DNA from: Acidobacteriota bacterium | GTDB lineage: Bacteria > Acidobacteriota > UBA6911 > RPQK01 > JAJDTT01 | DNA: 64,000 nucleotides | Assembly (NCBI GenBank): GCA_965217775.1 | Contig: CBDCJH010000002.1 | Span: 3,936,001 to 4,000,000 of the forward strand | Direction of reading: 5' to 3' | Shown here: in pieces, positions 29,042-39,354 of the stretch | Layout of the letters: the number at the start of each line of letters is the position of its first letter | Position numbering within the stretch: position 1 is the stretch's first letter | Program-made: the position numbers and the translations under genes | Notes under the pieces: generated by a model | What the model saw: only the letters and a program-made list of their open reading frames with translations | Told to the model about the DNA's origin: nothing | Database searches by the model: none

Positions 29042-32000
29042 CTATGGCGCCAACACCTCGATCAGCTCCGCGATCACCTGGAATTGCTCTTCTTCCGCAC
29101 CGGTAAGGACGATCGGGTCGAAGTCCGGATTCACGGGCTGGAGGATGATCGTCTCGTGGCGCCAGGAGTCATGGGACGCCACCTTCTCGCTACGGTACCG
29201 CTTCACGGTGTAGCGCTGTCCCGTCTCGGGGTCGGTGGCGTCGCGGAGTTGGACGAGGACGGTCTTCCCCTGCCGGCTGCCCTCCACCGGGGCGCGAAAG
29301 AGACAGTACGAACCATCCGGGATGGCCGGCTCCATGGACCTGCCGATGACCTGCGCGGCGAACATGCCGGGGCGCAATCGGCGGCCCGAGTCGACGGCCA
29401 CCCAATCGAATGAGTCGTCCTCGACGTGCTGTGAATCGCCGAAGGCGCCCGCCGCAGCCTTGAGTGGAAAGAGCGGCACACAGTTGACATATCGATCTTC
29501 CGGGAGACCCTCCATAATCCTCAGATGCGGTGGAAGGGGTCGTCCGGACTCCCGGCCTTCGCCCTCGCCCGAGCCGGTCCGTAGCCGACGATAGGCTTCG
29601 GAAGCCATCCAGGCACTAACGATTCGCTGGAAGGACACGTCGTTCATGTACCGAATGAAGATCTCCTCATTCTGATCCATCCGTTCGACGAACAGCCCCT
29701 CGATCTGGTTCTTGAACACCATCTCGAACTTGTCGACCGAATTCACCGAGGCAGCGTGGCGCAGGCTGTCGTCCGTCAGAGCCGCCTCGACGATCTGGTC
29801 GAAGAAGAGCTGATCGGCCTGGTTGAAATCGGTTCCAAAGCGCTCGTTGATGACGTCGATGAGTTGGGAGAGGGGTACTTCATCCTCCCTCGCCAAACCG
29901 GATCCCACCTCCGTCGGGCCGTCCAAGGACCGCGCCTTGCCTTCCTGAAGCGAGATCGAGCCCTCGCTGATCTTCTGCAGCCGATAGTACTCGAGCCGCA
30001 CCTCGTCATCGAACTGGTAGGCCGGCCCGCTCCGGCGACGCGGCAGCTTCGCCGCCAGATGGCGCAGGAAGACGTACAGACGCTCGAGATCCGAGTCCTG
30101 GTAGGGGATCACTTGGCTCAGGAACCCGTAGAGGTTGCGGAACGCCCGGACCTTGCCGCGCCAGAGTTCCGCCTCGTCCTCCTGGTCTCTCTGCAGCACC
30201 GTGAAGCGGGACACGGCCGGATCGAGCGCCGCATTCATGATTCGGTGGTCCCGAACGCTCTGGCGCTGCCTGGGCTTGAAGTACACCGAGCAGAATCCCT
30301 CCACCTCTTCATCGAGGTAGATTCCGGAGGCGTCCAGGTCTCCCTTGACCAGATACATCCGGGCGGGGTCCACCTCGTCGCCCATTTCCGCACCCTCGTA
30401 GTACGTCTTGAAGGCCTCGTGTATTTCGTCACGGTCGTTGACGAAATCGAGGACGAAGGTGTCCTCCTTCAGGGGGTGGGTGCGGTTCAGGCGCGAGAGT
30501 GTCTGGACGGCCCGGATCCCGGCAAGCCGTTTGTCCACGTACATGGTGTGCAACAGCGGCTGATCGAAGCCGGTCTGGTACTTTTCGGCTACCAGGAGAA
30601 CTTGGTATTCCTGCGTACCGAACTTCTCGGGCAGCTCCGTCTGGCGAATCCCGAGGTTCATCTTCACCTCGGTGTATTCGACACCCGAAAGCTTGTCGTC
30701 CTGAACTGCGCCGGAGAACGCGACCAGCGTCTTGATCGAGTATCCCTTCTCCTTGATGTAGCGATCGAAGCTCTGCTTGTAACGCACCGCCTCGAGCCGC
30801 GACCCGGTGACGACCATCGCCTTGGCGCGGCCCCCGATCTTGTGCCGGGTCACGGCCTGGAAGTGTTCGACCATGACCTCGGTCTTCTGTGCGATGTTGT
30901 GCGGGTGCAGACGCATGAAGCGGGCCAGCGCACGAGCCGCCCGCTTGCGCTCGACGTTGGGATCGTCCTCACAGGCCTTGAGGAGTTGATAATAGGTGAC
31001 GTAGGTCGTGTAGTGCTTCAGCACATCGAGGATGAACCCCTCCTCGATGGCTTGACGCATGGTGTAGCGGTGCATCGGCTCGCCGTTGCGGCCGAAGACC
31101 GCGAGGGTCTTGTGCTTGGGCGTCGCCGTGAAGGCGAAGAAACTCAAGTTCGCCTGCCGGCCGCGCTTCGCCATGCTGCGAAACAGTTTTTCCAGATCTT
31201 CGCGCCCTTCCTCCTTGGCGCGCACGCGAGCTTCCTCCCGAAGGCGTTCGCCCCCAAGGACTTCCTTGAGGTCCGTCGCTGTCTCTCCCCCCTGGGAGCT
31301 GTGGGCCTCGTCCACGATGACGGCACAGCGTCGTGTCGGAAGGACGCCGGTTCCCTGCTCGCCCCGCTCCTCGGCCATCTTCAAGAGTTGCCGTGACACG
31401 AACGGGAACTTCTGCAGGGTGGTGATGATGATCGGCACGGCCGTCTCCAAGGCATTGGCGAGCTGCTTGGAGCTCTTCTCTATCTTCTGCAACACCCCGA
31501 ACTTGTGTTCGAATTGGTAGATGGTGTCTTGGAGCTGCTGGTCGAGCACGACGCGGTCGGTCACGACGATCACGCTGTCGAAGATCCGCTCATTCGCGTC
31601 GTCGTGCAGCGAGGCCAGCCGGTGGGCAAGCCAGCCGATGCTGTTGCTCTTGCCGCTGCCCGCCGAGTGCTCGATCAAGTAGTTCTGTCCGACGCCGTCT
31701 GCCCGGGCCCCTTCCACCAGCGTGCGCACGGCGTCGAGTTGGTGGAAGCGCGGAAAGATCATCGTCTCGACCTTGACCTTGCGGCCACGATCATCGCGCT
31801 TCTCATTGATCTGAAGGTGGATGAAGCGCGCGAGCAGGTCGAGTAGGCTGTGGCGTTCGAGCACCTCCTCCCAGAGATAGGCTGTGCGGTAGCCGCGGCA
31901 AGCGGGATCGACCGGGTTGCCCGCCGCGCCGTCGCAGCCTTGGTCGAAGGGCAGGAAGTGGGTCGCGTTGCCGCCGAGTCGGGTGGTCATGCGCACGCAC

Positions 32001-32587
32001 TCCGTGTCGACGGCGAAGTGAACGAGGGTCCGCCGCTTGAACTCGAAGATCGGATCCCGGGGGTCGCGGTCGCGCCGGTACTGGCGCATGGCGTCTTCCA
32101 CCGTCTGTCCGGTCAGTGGATTCTTGAGCTCCACGGTAGCGACGGGGATGCCGTTCAGGCTCAGCGTGACGTCGAGTGATTTTTCCGATCGGGTTGAGTA
32201 GTGGAGCTGGCGCGTGACACCAAGCCGGTTGGCGGCGTAACAAGCCTCAAGCTGGGGATTCAGCCCATGGGCCGCCTTGAAGAAAGCCACGCGCAACGTG
32301 CGCCCGTAGCACTTGAAGCCGTGACGTAGCGTCGCGAGCGATCCATTCGCATCCATCCACTTGCACAGGTCGCCGAGCACTTGCACGGCGGTCCGGTCGC
32401 CAAGGAGCGCCTCGAGCCTTGACCATTCCTTGGGCTGGGTCTCCTGGATGAAGGCCAGGACGATCTCCGGAAAGATCGCGCGCTCGCGGTCGAAACCCTC
32501 CGACAGGACGGGCTTGTAGCCGTGATTGAGCAGGTGTGTCTCGATGACGGCCTCGAAGGCGGCTTCGGTGTGACTCTTGTGGCTCAT
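29042..32587 (-). CDS. hsdR: Type I restriction endonuclease subunit R with C-terminal S24 (LexA-like) peptidase domain
   Basis: [38 protein letters not shown] and TGFDQP motifs; tail with AAAG, GRSMEP, TVKRY and LQPVNP. Confidence 0.93.
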   Translation of the reverse strand: MSHKSHTEAAFEAVIETHLLNHGYKPVLSEGFDRERAIFPEIVLAFIQETQPKEWSRLEALLGDRTAVQVLGDLCKWMDANGSLATLRHGFKCYGRTLRVAFFKAAHGLNPQLEACYAANRLGVTRQLHYSTRSEKSLDVTLSLNGIPVATVELKNPLTGQTVEDAMRQYRRDRDPRDPIFEFKRRTLVHFAVDTECVRMTTRLGGNATHFLPFDQGCDGAAGNPVDPACRGYRTAYLWEEVLERHSLLDLLARFIHLQINEKRDDRGRKVKVETMIFPRFHQLDAVRTLVEGARADGVGQNYLIEHSAGSGKSNSIGWLAHRLASLHDDANERIFDSVIVVTDRVVLDQQLQDTIYQFEHKFGVLQKIEKSSKQLANALETAVPIIITTLQKFPFVSRQLLKMAEERGEQGTGVLPTRRCAVIVDEAHSSQGGETATDLKEVLGGERLREEARVRAKEEGREDLEKLFRSMAKRGRQANLSFFAFTATPKHKTLAVFGRNGEPMHRYTMRQAIEEGFILDVLKHYTTYVTYYQLLKACEDDPNVERKRAARALARFMRLHPHNIAQKTEVMVEHFQAVTRHKIGGRAKAMVVTGSRLEAVRYKQSFDRYIKEKGYSIKTLVAFSGAVQDDKLSGVEYTEVKMNLGIRQTELPEKFGTQEYQVLLVAEKYQTGFDQPLLHTMYVDKRLAGIRAVQTLSRLNRTHPLKEDTFVLDFVNDRDEIHEAFKTYYEGAEMGDEVDPARMYLVKGDLDASGIYLDEEVEGFCSVYFKPRQRQSVRDHRIMNAALDPAVSRFTVLQRDQEDEAELWRGKVRAFRNLYGFLSQVIPYQDSDLERLYVFLRHLAAKLPRRRSGPAYQFDDEVRLEYYRLQKISEGSISLQEGKARSLDGPTEVGSGLAREDEVPLSQLIDVINERFGTDFNQADQLFFDQIVEAALTDDSLRHAASVNSVDKFEMVFKNQIEGLFVERMDQNEEIFIRYMNDVSFQRIVSAWMASEAYRRLRTGSGEGEGRESGRPLPPHLRIMEGLPEDRYVNCVPLFPLKAAAGAFGDSQHVEDDSFDWVAVDSGRRLRPGMFAAQVIGRSMEPAIPDGSYCLFRAPVEGSRQGKTVLVQLRDATDPETGQRYTVKRYRSEKVASHDSWRHETIILQPVNPDFDPIVLTGAEEEQFQVIAELIEVLAP

Positions 32588-33234
32588 GCCGAGAGTTCCT
32601 CGAGTCGTTCATCAAGCCACCAGACGGCAACCTGACAATACGGGTTGAGCGCACCCGTCCCGGCGACGATTCGATCTCGCTCTCTCTTGAAGCGCGAGCG
32701 AGGAACCCGGCCTCGGAGTCGTGCTCTCTCAAGGCGCCACCACTTGAGGATGGCATCGAGCAATCGTTTCCGGTTGTTCTTCAAGAACGGGAGATTGAGG
32801 TTCAAAACCTGGTCGATCTGTGAATCAAACACCTGCTCGCCGGAGCGGATGCGGCCGTCCGCCTCATAGCGAACTCGCGTGTCGATGTGATGGTCTGGAT
32901 CCGCCGGGTTCCACAGAAGATCCTGGTCACCCTTGCGCGTGTCGCAGTGCTGGAGGTGCGGCGGATGTCCTTTCCCGCCGCAGCACGCGCCGAGGAGGTT
33001 CCGGTACGCAAGCTGTTCGCCGGCGTAATGGCGCTGACAATGCCAATGCTCGATCTTCATGGCCGTGCGATCATCGCCTATCCGGCCCATGCAGTAGCAA
33101 CAGATCTCGCGTTGCTCGGTTACGAGCGCATGGCGGAGGACATCCTTGTCAGCGTAGTTGTCGTAGTCGCAGTACGGCGTCTTGCGATGCACCGTCAGGC
33201 TCCGCGGCTCGGAGCCTTTGACGATTGTCCTCAA
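32584..33234 (-). CDS. ptuB: HNH endonuclease (TIGR02646/PtuB-like)
   Basis: [30 protein letters not shown] and LNLN..LKNNR motifs. Confidence 0.82.
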   Translation of the reverse strand: MRTIVKGSEPRSLTVHRKTPYCDYDNYADKDVLRHALVTEQREICCYCMGRIGDDRTAMKIEHWHCQRHYAGEQLAYRNLLGACCGGKGHPPHLQHCDTRKGDQDLLWNPADPDHHIDTRVRYEADGRIRSGEQVFDSQIDQVLNLNLPFLKNNRKRLLDAILKWWRLERARLRGRVPRSRFKRERDRIVAGTGALNPYCQVAVWWLDERLEELSA

Positions 33235-34547
33235 TCCTTGCCCTCCACGAAGTCAAGCAAGGTCCGCAGGTACGTCACCTCAGGGTCACTCTCCCCGAGG
33301 TGATCGACGAGCTTTTCCAGCAGATCACGGCTGCAATCGAACTGCCGAGCACTGATGGCCTGCGAAATGTCCTTAATCAGGTGCTGTACTTCCTTCGCGC
33401 GCGGGTCCGCGTCCATAATCTCCTCCAACACCCGGCTCGAATCGACGCCGAAGGAGTGCGGTGGCGGGTAGACTTGGCCAGGCGAGATGATCTGGATCCG
33501 CTCGTGCGGCACTTCCCCGATGACCTGGGGCGAGTGGGTCGTCGCGATGAACTGGCAACGAGGAAAAGCGGCCGTCAGATTGTGGACGATCTGCCTCTGC
33601 CACTTGGGATGTAGATGCAGGTCAATCTCATCGATTAAGACCGTTGCCCTGCCTTCTGCGAGTGGATCAGTGAGGTGGGGATTCGCTTGCGAAAGTCTTC
33701 GCGCAAGGTCAAGGGCGATAGACAAGATGCCACGTTCCCCATCTGACAATTGTCGTACATCAAGCGTGTCCCCAGCCTTTGTCACGAACAGCGCTGGGTT
33801 GGGCCCCTCACCTGTGCGAAGATTGCTGCATTCGGGGAGGAATCGAGCAGCCGCGGTTTCCAACGCCGCAATATGCCCCTCCGAAGCATCGTTTTCCGAT
33901 GAGAGCGCCACTTGAGCCCGCATCCAGTCGACGAACTGATCAATCTTCCATGAACGCGCAACAAGGGCGTCCGCGTAAGCTGCGGCCCGTCCTCCAGCAG
34001 CCCTTCCCTTGGAACGCCCGACAGCCAAGACTGATCGGTTCGTCGAATAGAAGACCGAAAGCGCAGGTACTGAGAGCGCTTCTGCTGCCCGGCGAAGCTC
34101 TACCTTCGAGGGTATGTACAAGTCTGAGTCAGTTAGGCCCTGCGAGCGTTCCAACTCGCGGAGAAGATTGCGAGCTCGAGCTCGCAGCCGTTCCGTTTCG
34201 AGAATTTCTCTGCGAAGTCGTTCAAGATTCTCCAGAGGCTCCGCCGCAATCTTCTGTCTCCACACGAGCCGGGTGAAGCGAAACTCTTGCTCGCCGACAC
34301 CGAAGTGCATCGTAGAATCCAAGAAGGGAAAGCCAACTCGGATGTCACCAATTTCGAACGACATTGCCTTTGCACGAGACGGGGTAATCGCGGGCAACAC
34401 CCGTGACAGACAAACTCGCAGAGCGTCGAGCACGCTCGTCTTGCCGACGCCGTTCACCCCGACGATTAGATTCACGCCCGGCCGAAACCGAAACTCTGCC
34501 GTCTTGATCGCGCGCATGTGAGCAAGCATGAGGCGGGTAACGATCAT
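33231..34547 (-). CDS. ptuA: ABC-type AAA ATPase (PtuA-like)
   Basis: GVNGVGKT, LSDGE, VLIDEIDLHLHPKWQR and TTHSP motifs; ATG at 34547 overlaps the hsdS stop. Confidence 0.85.
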   Translation of the reverse strand: MIVTRLMLAHMRAIKTAEFRFRPGVNLIVGVNGVGKTSVLDALRVCLSRVLPAITPSRAKAMSFEIGDIRVGFPFLDSTMHFGVGEQEFRFTRLVWRQKIAAEPLENLERLRREILETERLRARARNLLRELERSQGLTDSDLYIPSKVELRRAAEALSVPALSVFYSTNRSVLAVGRSKGRAAGGRAAAYADALVARSWKIDQFVDWMRAQVALSSENDASEGHIAALETAAARFLPECSNLRTGEGPNPALFVTKAGDTLDVRQLSDGERGILSIALDLARRLSQANPHLTDPLAEGRATVLIDEIDLHLHPKWQRQIVHNLTAAFPRCQFIATTHSPQVIGEVPHERIQIISPGQVYPPPHSFGVDSSRVLEEIMDADPRAKEVQHLIKDISQAISARQFDCSRDLLEKLVDHLGESDPEVTYLRTLLDFVEGKD

Positions 34548-35830
34548 TCGGCCGTCTCCACATCGATCTGGCCAGCAATGGCCGAAGCAATAAGCGCACC
34601 GCGACGTTCCTTGAGAAGCTTGACAGTGCATTCGGTCTCGGAGGAAACGGCGTCAATCTTACGAATACCCTTCTGTACCGCACCCACGATAGCCAATTGC
34701 TCCGCTTGAGGAGGTCGAAGTAAAGGCATTTCCATCAAATTGGTCACAGATATGGAGGCCAGATTCGTTGATTGCTTGGACCGACTCTCGAAATAAGCCT
34801 TCGCGTGATCACTAGTTATCCATTGAGCGAGCCAATCTGAAGAGATATCTCTCGCGCGAACAGCGAACACATGGTTCTGATGCAAGCAAGGATCGATCTC
34901 TCCGGTCCAGATAGCGCCGCGCCCCAACTTGTCGGCATCACCTCCTTCATTCATCAAGACATCGCCGGCACGTAGCAAGTATGAGCCTGCTTCCTGTTCC
35001 GGAATTGCAACGGCCTTCAAATCCGAAAGGTCCAAGAAGCCATCTTGGACGTTTGCCACTCGCAGATAGGGGTACTTCATCACTGTTCGCGACCGGTACT
35101 TTTTCCCAAGGGCAAGACCTGTTTGCACTGTGCCTACGAACTTGAGACGAGTCACCTCCCAATGCGAAGGAATTTCTCCCAGCCACGGGATGCCGGAGTG
35201 ACGGCGAGAGACGTTCAGATCGATGCTTCGGGTGACAGTCCGGCTGACCAGCGACCGGCGCTTCTCGGCAAGTAGCCCGATCACTCGCTCCTTCTCCCCG
35301 ATCAACGCATCGATCCACGATGTCTCACGGTCCAGGTAGTCGGCAATAGCACGTTGTTGCGTCAGGGGGGGGACACGTACGGAGTAATCCCGTATGTAAG
35401 CCTCGGGGACCCGCTGTTGGCCCGCTGTCCCGGTCATGCGTGCTTCACCACGGAGTCGGAAACGTGGATCAACGGTCACGTAGTATAGAAATCTACCGTC
35501 AAGCTCGGTGCTCGGCCTAAGAACGTGTAACTCTGTTGTTCCAAAACCAACTCCGTTCTTCGTACCGACTATCAATGCACCCTTACCGTTCTCGAAACAC
35601 GGAGTAATCTTCGCGACCACGACATCGCCGTCAAAGAACTGCGAGTATCCGGACTTGACATCTTCGAGACGGATAGTCGTTGCCAAGTCAAGCTGTCCCT
35701 GTTCGCCGATGGCTTCCATCGGGAGAAATGAGATCTCGGAGCGGCTGCTCAGCGAGGCGCCTTTATATTGTCTCCTCAAGGTTAGGAAGCGAAGTCGCTT
35801 TCTGGGCCACTCTCCAGTGCAGGCGGTCAC
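34544..35830 (-). CDS. hsdS: Type I RM specificity subunit
   Basis: Two target-recognition domains separated by PPLTQQRAIADYLD and SGIPWLGEIPSHWEV; C-terminal PPQAEQLAIV..ERRGALIASAIAGQID; visibly lower GC. Confidence 0.93.
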   Translation of the reverse strand: MTACTGEWPRKRLRFLTLRRQYKGASLSSRSEISFLPMEAIGEQGQLDLATTIRLEDVKSGYSQFFDGDVVVAKITPCFENGKGALIVGTKNGVGFGTTELHVLRPSTELDGRFLYYVTVDPRFRLRGEARMTGTAGQQRVPEAYIRDYSVRVPPLTQQRAIADYLDRETSWIDALIGEKERVIGLLAEKRRSLVSRTVTRSIDLNVSRRHSGIPWLGEIPSHWEVTRLKFVGTVQTGLALGKKYRSRTVMKYPYLRVANVQDGFLDLSDLKAVAIPEQEAGSYLLRAGDVLMNEGGDADKLGRGAIWTGEIDPCLHQNHVFAVRARDISSDWLAQWITSDHAKAYFESRSKQSTNLASISVTNLMEMPLLRPPQAEQLAIVGAVQKGIRKIDAVSSETECTVKLLKERRGALIASAIAGQIDVETAE

Positions 35831-37824
35831 CCCATCACCTCCCGAAGCAGCCGCAGGATTCTCTCCTCCGCCTGCTTCAGATCCGCGTCGATCTCCTCCA
35901 GCGGACGAGGCGGTGTGTACTTGTAGAAGTGCCGATTGAAGTTGATCTCGTAGCCGACCTTGTCCTTGCGGCGGTCCATCCAGGCGTCGGGCACGTGTGG
36001 CCTCACCTCACACTCGAAGTACGCTTCGATGTCCTCCTTGAGCGGCACGTTCTCGAAGTCGCGCAGGGCAGCGTCGGGCTCGTAGCCCTTGTGCCGGCCA
36101 CCCTTCGCCACAGGCTCCGCCACGGGATCCTTCTGCGTGAAGACATCGCGGAACAGCTTCTGCTCGGGCTTCTTCCACTTCGACTCCTGCTCGCGCAGCA
36201 GGTCCTGGATTCGCTCCCAGAGCACGTTCCAGTCGCGTCGTAGCCCGCGCCCGATCGCCTTGTCGATGTCTTGGACATCGTCGAGCAGGTGAGGGCACGC
36301 GTCCAGGAATCGCGCCTTGTCCTCGATGGTCATCTGGTAGCGCAGGCGTAGCGGGCGCTCGACGGTAACGCGGGTGTAGCCGAAATCGGCGTTGTCGAAG
36401 ATCTTCGAGTGGTTTCCGTCCTCGAAGCGGCCGTAGAGCTTGACGATCTGGGCGATCTGCCGCGCGGTGAGATGGCGGCGTTTGTCGCCGAGGCTGCGCC
36501 TGCTCTCCTTGCTTCCCCCGGGCGTCCATACATCGCGCGCGTCGAGGAGTTGGATCTTGCCCTTCCGCCGCTTCTCTTTGCGGTTGGTGACGATCCAGAC
36601 GTAGGTGCCGATGCCGGTGTTGTAGAACATCTGCCCGGGCAGGGCGATGATCGCCTCGAGCCAATCGTTTTCGATGATCCACTGGCGGATCTTGCTCTCG
36701 CCGGACCCCGCGCGCCCGGTGAAGAGCGGGGAACCGGACAACACGATGGCCAGACGCGACCCATACTTGTGCTCGATCGGACGGACGGGCTCAAACTTGG
36801 CGATCATGTGCTGCAAAAACAGCAGCGAGCCGTCGTTCACTCGAGGTAGTCCCGCACCAAAACGGCCCATGAATCCGCGCCTTTGGTGCTCCTCCCGAAT
36901 CTCGTTCTTCTGCTTCTTCCAGTCCACGCCGAAGGGGGGATTGGTGATGAAGTAGTCGAAGGTCTTGCCCTCGAACCGATCCTCGGTGAAGCTGTCGCCG
37001 AAGCGGATGTTACCGCTGCCGCCGTTGTGGTCCACCTGTTTCATCAACATGTCCGACGCCGCGGTGGCGAAGGCGCGCTTGTTGTAGTCCTGCCCGAAGA
37101 CGAATAGGCGTGCGGCGGCGTGGTGCTGGCGCAGGTAGTTCTGGGCCTCGGCCAGCATTCCACCAGTGCCGCAGGCGGGGTCCAGGAGCGTGCGCACGGC
37201 ACCGGGTGTCGCGAGCAGCTTGTCGTCCTCGATGAAGAGGATGCTCACCATGAGCCGGATCACCTCCCGCGGGGTGAAGTGGTCCCCTGCGGTCTCGTTG
37301 GCCAGCTCGTTGAAGCGCCGAATGATGTTCTCGAAGATCAGTCCCATCTGCTCGTTCGGGACTTGCTTCGGGTGTAGGTCCATGTCGGAGAACCTCGATA
37401 CAACGAGATAGAGGATGTTTGCTTCGTGCATTTTCTCGATCTCGGGTTCGAACTCGAAGTACTCGAAGATTCGGCGCACGTTGGCCGAAAAGCCCCGGAT
37501 ATAGCTGCCCAGATGCCGGTCGATGTGGTATGGGTCACCCCTCAGCTTCTGGAAGTCGAGGTCGGAGTGATTGTGGAAGGACTGAGCGGCCGCAACGTTC
37601 AGCCGCGCGTCCAAGGCCTGACCGACAAGCCTTTGTCCCCACCTCCTTTGTTCTGCCAGCACCTTGGACTTCGTCCGCGCAAGCACGCAGTCGAAGCGCC
37701 GCAATACGGTCATGGGCAACATGACACGCTCGTACTGCGGCGGACGGTAGGGCCCGCGCAGCAGGTCCGCGATACTCCAGATCAGGTTCGCGAAGTAGTT
37801 GTGATCAGGCATTGGTCCGCTCAT
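35827..37824 (-). CDS. hsdM: Type I RM N6-adenine methyltransferase
   Basis: IWSIADLLRG, GDHFTPREV, DPACGTGGM, NPPF, MFYNTGI and GYEINF motifs. Confidence 0.95.
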   Translation of the reverse strand: MSGPMPDHNYFANLIWSIADLLRGPYRPPQYERVMLPMTVLRRFDCVLARTKSKVLAEQRRWGQRLVGQALDARLNVAAAQSFHNHSDLDFQKLRGDPYHIDRHLGSYIRGFSANVRRIFEYFEFEPEIEKMHEANILYLVVSRFSDMDLHPKQVPNEQMGLIFENIIRRFNELANETAGDHFTPREVIRLMVSILFIEDDKLLATPGAVRTLLDPACGTGGMLAEAQNYLRQHHAAARLFVFGQDYNKRAFATAASDMLMKQVDHNGGSGNIRFGDSFTEDRFEGKTFDYFITNPPFGVDWKKQKNEIREEHQRRGFMGRFGAGLPRVNDGSLLFLQHMIAKFEPVRPIEHKYGSRLAIVLSGSPLFTGRAGSGESKIRQWIIENDWLEAIIALPGQMFYNTGIGTYVWIVTNRKEKRRKGKIQLLDARDVWTPGGSKESRRSLGDKRRHLTARQIAQIVKLYGRFEDGNHSKIFDNADFGYTRVTVERPLRLRYQMTIEDKARFLDACPHLLDDVQDIDKAIGRGLRRDWNVLWERIQDLLREQESKWKKPEQKLFRDVFTQKDPVAEPVAKGGRHKGYEPDAALRDFENVPLKEDIEAYFECEVRPHVPDAWMDRRKDKVGYEINFNRHFYKYTPPRPLEEIDADLKQAEERILRLLREVMG

Positions 37825-38049
37825 TTCACATCATCACCGCCTGCTCTTCTCGCGCGACGGTCCGCCGTTCAGAATTGTACCGCGAATAGAAACCCGGGAA
37901 CTCCCGCGCATGCGCATCGGCCTCGCGGTCCACGAACCGGACCTCCTCACCGTTCGACATGAAAACGAAAGGAACAAAGAGGACGCCACATATTTACATC
38001 AGCATGCCTCCAGGACCTGCCGCGGGCTTCGCTCCGGGGACGCGAAGGG

Positions 38050-38348
38050 ATCGACCACCCGTAGGCCGTCGAGCAAGTTGCCCGTCCTGCAAGTGCTCCG
38101 TCAGGAGAACAGCGCATTCGGCCGCCTGCGCGGTGGCGACGATGAGCGCGTCCCACCAGGAGAGGCGAAAGCGTTCCTCGAGGATCTACACTCGCCGGAG
38201 GATGGCAGGATCGATCTGGACGGGTTCCCAGACTGAGAGGGCTTCGACGATCTGGCGGGCCTCCGCAGGATCGAAGTTGAGGCGCCGGGTCAGAGGCATC
38301 GTGCCGGTAGACGAAGACGTTGGTGTCAACGAAGTCCGGGCCGGTCAT
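38050..38348 (-). pseudogene. PIN-domain (VapC-like) toxin pseudogene
   Basis: MTGPDFVDTNVFVY N-terminus; after a deletion/frame change ...RFRLSWWDALIVATAQAAECAVLLTEHLQDGQ, preceded by an in-frame stop. Confidence 0.75.
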
Positions 38349-38568
38349 ACAACTCCTCGCGCGTCGGCTTGCGGCCCTCGGGCCATTCGATCTTGCCCGG
38401 TTTCATCACTAAGTAGCGTTTCATCGCCATCTGGCAGTCGTCTTCCCGGCACCGCATCCGCTCCAACAAGTCGGCGATCCATCGGGAGATGCTACGGGCG
38501 TCTTCGGCCGCTTTGACCCGCAGCCACCGGACCAAGTCCTCCGGCAGAATGATCGTCACGTTCTTCAT
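38326..38568 (-). CDS. CopG/RHH antitoxin
   Basis: MKNVTIILPEDLVRWLRVKAAEDARSISRW...KPTREELYDR; overlaps the PIN gene start. Confidence 0.78.
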   Translation of the reverse strand: MKNVTIILPEDLVRWLRVKAAEDARSISRWIADLLERMRCREDDCQMAMKRYLVMKPGKIEWPEGRKPTREELYDRPGLR

Positions 38569-38596
38569 GGCAAGAAGTCCGAAACGAAAGGCACAA

Positions 38597-38657
38597 GAAT
38601 AACGCTCCGGCACGCCCGCCGCCCAGAGAAGAACATGCGTGTCGAGAAGGAAACTCG
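38597..38657 (-). pseudogene. Truncated N-terminus of a second VapC toxin
   Basis: Translates SFLLDTHVLLWAAGVPERYS (typical LLDTHxLLW), lacks a start codon, and is cut off after about 20 codons. Confidence 0.7.
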
Positions 38658-38659
38658 CC

Positions 38660-38900
38660 CAGGGCGCTCGAAAGGTGCCTCGATCTCGGCTGATCCCATG
38701 CGGTCAAACTCCTCCGGCAGCGAGATTTCGTGGGCCAGGAATCCGAGTCGGCCCGCCTCGGCGGGTTCCGGAACGTCCACCGCGATGACTTTGACCATCG
38801 GTTTTCCCGCATGCGCAATGATGAACGGCTCGCCATTGGCGGTGACCCGGACAAGGCGCGAGAGATGCGTCTTGGCTTCGTGCATGTTGACGGTGCGCAG
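38660..38900 (-). CDS. Phd/YefM-family antitoxin (stop codon apparently lost; ORF reads through to 38565)
   Basis: RTVNMHEAKTHLSRLV..GEPFIIAHAGKPMVKV..RLGFL. Confidence 0.75.
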
Positions 38901-39029
38901 GGCAACACCCCTTCCCTTGTCGAACTTGGTCCAAATAATTTAGTTCGAGTGTGACGGCTCTGCGAGTCCAGCGATTCCGTTTCGGAAGGCGAGTGCGAGC
39001 AAGCAAACCGGGACTGTCCCCATCTTTCG

Positions 39030-39139
39030 CCGTTTACGGTCGAAGCCCTCTACCGAGACGACGTGAAGCTATGATTCAGCAGGTGCGCCTCGATGACTGT
39101 CTCGAAGGCGGCTTCGCCAGTCCTCTTCATGATGTTCAT
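39030..39139 (-). pseudogene. hsdR: Relic 5' fragment of a second hsdR
   Basis: MNIMKRTGEAAFETVIEAHLLNH then (frameshifted) EGFDRKR, compared with the intact HsdR N-terminus [22 protein letters not shown]. Confidence 0.75.
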
Positions 39140-39354
39140 TCAAATCTCGAACGAGGCAGGCCAGACTGGCGGATTATCGACATCAACGTGCCGACACGCA
39201 CCTCTAAATGATCGGGCTCCGGGACTGTGACCGTACCGTCGGCGCCGGTCTCTTGCATTGCCACGTGGCTGCCACGCCTTCTAACCTTCACGAAACCAAA
39301 TGACTCGAGGATCCGGCAGACTTCCCGGCCCGAAAGAACGCGGAGCCTACCCAA
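39136..39354 (-). CDS. hicA: HicA-family toxin
   Basis: LSGREVCRILESFGF..RRRGSH..GTLMSIIRQSGL. Confidence 0.85.
   Translation of the reverse strand: MGRLRVLSGREVCRILESFGFVKVRRRGSHVAMQETGADGTVTVPEPDHLEVRVGTLMSIIRQSGLPRSRFE

Noticed and set aside
28832-34547. Retron (PtuAB are known retron effectors), with msr/msd in the 28832-29041 gap
   Set aside because: No reverse transcriptase ORF in the window and no convincing a1/a2 inverted repeats seen.
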